A DNA stretch of 10,143 nt from Promethearchaeota archaeon. GTDB taxonomy: Archaea > Asgardarchaeota > Lokiarchaeia > Sigyniarchaeales > SOKP01. Made by a program: the position numbers and the translations under genes. The stretch lies in NCBI GenBank assembly GCA_019057865.1, contig JAHLWP010000073.1:1-10143 (forward strand), given 5' to 3'. Below are positions 8,368 to 10,143 of this stretch, in pieces. Under the pieces are notes generated by a model. That model had not been told where the DNA came from. It saw only the letters and a program-made list of their open reading frames with translations, and did no database searches. Positions within the stretch are counted from its first letter, which is position 1, and each line of letters begins with the position of its first letter.

Positions 8368-8530
8368 CATATCTTTTTTATTTCTATTTAATTTATCAAT
8401 TGATGATAAATCTTTTAATAAATGGAAATACTCTGAAATATCAAAAATGATAGAAATGAATCTTGATTTTGAAATTGGAGGAATAAAAAAAGTAAAAATT
8501 CAGAAATAATCATCTTATAGGTGAAAAACA

Positions 8531-9385
8531 ATCGAAAGAGACAAATTTAAAATTTTTGATGCTCATATGCATTCCTATGGTGTCTTCTTAAATCCTGGTG
8601 AAGATATTTTACACTATATGGATAGATTTAATGTAGAGAAAGCTATAATTACAACTATAAATAGGACAAAAATTCATCACAAACAAAAAGAGGATGCTTC
8701 GGATTATGATGGAAAAGATAAGATGACAAAATTTCTAGCAAATTTTAGAAAAATGCTACCAAAAGGCCAACTTTCTCATCAAGATGTAATTGATATTGCT
8801 AATAAAGCTCCAGAAAGGATTTATAAATTCTTCTGGTTCAATCCAAAATTAGAATATGAAGAAGAAGCTAATTATAAAATTTTAGAAGATCACTTTAAAA
8901 AAGGATTTTGTGGAGTTAAAACTCATACAGCATTTAATTTATTTAATTTTCCTAAGGATATTATAAAGTTAGCATCATTTATGCAAGATTTTGATAAAAA
9001 GTTAATGTTTTTCATCCATTCACTCCCTAAAACATCTTTAGTTCGAGGGATATTTCCAAAAGATATTGCAAGTTTAGCAAAACAATTTCCCAATTTACGA
9101 ATTATTGTAGGTCATGCTGCTTATTGTATGGAGTATGCTATAGAAGTAGGAGTTACATTGAAAGATTATAATAATGTATTTTTTGAAACTTCTTGTTCAG
9201 TATCCTATGGTATATATAATTTAATTAAATCAGTAGGTCATAAAAGAATCTTGTATGGTTCAGATTCCCCAACGGCTTCTACTCTGCCAATTGAAATTGA
9301 TAAGATAATCACCTTACCAAAAATTTCTAATGAACAAAAACAAGATATTTTGTATAATAACGTAAACAATTTAATTAATATGTAA
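8531..9385 (+). CDS. Amidohydrolase family protein (Amidohydro_2, TIM barrel metal-dependent hydrolase); start uncertain
   Basis: Upstream of the called ATG 8567 the frame reads IERDKFKIFDAH, which completes the metal-binding IFDAHMH motif. Also GFCGVKTH, FIHS, FPNLRIIVGHAA, VFFETS, RILYGSDSP and ILYNN. The start at 8531 (ATC) is inferred from the SD site at 8519-8524. Confidence 0.85.
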   Translation: MERDKFKIFDAHMHSYGVFLNPGEDILHYMDRFNVEKAIITTINRTKIHHKQKEDASDYDGKDKMTKFLANFRKMLPKGQLSHQDVIDIANKAPERIYKFFWFNPKLEYEEEANYKILEDHFKKGFCGVKTHTAFNLFNFPKDIIKLASFMQDFDKKLMFFIHSLPKTSLVRGIFPKDIASLAKQFPNLRIIVGHAAYCMEYAIEVGVTLKDYNNVFFETSCSVSYGIYNLIKSVGHKRILYGSDSPTASTLPIEIDKIITLPKISNEQKQDILYNNVNNLINM

Positions 9386-9567
9386 TTAACATATTTCAAA
9401 ATTTATCTTATTATTAATCAATTAATTTTATTATTAATCGGCTAAGATTAATTACTTGTAAAATTATCATATTCATCGCTTTTTATTTTTATTTTAATAA
9501 TAAATTAATTAAAATACTTCACCTATTTTTTTATATAATTAACTCAAAAATTTTTAAAGTTGATACA

Positions 9568-10137
9568 GTGAGTTTTTTAAGGAATAATAAAATCTGGGAT
9601 GATTCGGAAAATGCAAATTGGGATGTAATAGAAATCTCGAAAGTAGACGACAAAATTATAAGAAGATTGATAAATAACTTGAAATTGGATACACCAGATT
9701 TATCAGACCATTTTTTTATATCATTTGAAAGTCTCTTAAAAATAGGAAAGAGAGCCGAATCTGTTATTGAATCATATATCGAAGAAACGAATATAATTCA
9801 TAACTTTAAACTCGATATTTTTAATTTCATTATCAATTTCATAAAAAATGAAATAATTGAGGATATTTTAGTTCCCTATTTATATCACCCTGATTTTAAT
9901 ACTAGGGCAAGAACAATACTTAAAATAGAAAAAATAGGTGATTTAAAATATCTTAAATTTGTATTGCCTTTATTGAATGATCCAGATGATTCTGTTCGAT
10001 GGGCAGCTACAAAATTCTTAGATACACATAATCTAATAAAAAATCCCTTAGTTTATAGGGAACTAAAAACTTATTTTGAAAAAGAATCGAATCCAGTAAT
10101 CAAAGAAAAAGTGAAAAATATTTTTAAAAAATTCTGA
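9568..10137 (+). CDS. HEAT-repeat domain protein
   Basis: LYHPDFNTRARTILKIEKIGD / LLNDPDDSVRWAATKFL / ESNPVIKE are HEAT/PBS-lyase-like repeats. GTG start. Confidence 0.75.
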   Translation: MSFLRNNKIWDDSENANWDVIEISKVDDKIIRRLINNLKLDTPDLSDHFFISFESLLKIGKRAESVIESYIEETNIIHNFKLDIFNFIINFIKNEIIEDILVPYLYHPDFNTRARTILKIEKIGDLKYLKFVLPLLNDPDDSVRWAATKFLDTHNLIKNPLVYRELKTYFEKESNPVIKEKVKNIFKKF

Positions 10138-10143
10138 ATTTTT

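Noticed and set aside
8522-8524. Selenocysteine read-through of the in-frame TGA before the amidohydrolase
   Set aside because: In-frame TAA at 8507 with no start codon between. The TGA is better explained as part of the SD motif.

Overview
Very AT-rich window (roughly 30% GC by eye) that reads as archaeal chromosome. It has GGTGA-type Shine-Dalgarno sites, TATA-like boxes about 25 nt before some start codons, and a stand-alone (split) GMP synthase ATPPase subunit. The style is compatible with Asgard/Lokiarchaeia, but that is inference only. Gene content: a 5'-truncated ABC-2-type exporter ATPase plus permease; a divergent pair of signal-peptide-less glycoside hydrolases (GH5_12-like glycosylceramidase/steryl-glucosidase and GH20 beta-N-acetylhexosaminidase) with a palindrome between them; a divergent GMP synthase subunit B; a pirin; an amidohydrolase_2 protein whose conserved N-terminus lacks a canonical start codon; and a HEAT-repeat protein. 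The most unusual stretch is 1880-2300. It looks like a rearrangement scar joining the 5' end of a DUF849/BKACE gene (- strand) to the 5' end of a small basic, possibly ribbon-helix-helix gene (+ strand), with a 22-bp tandem duplication exactly at the junction. I found no rRNA, tRNA, CRISPR array or transposase, and I cannot demonstrate a complete new system from this window alone.
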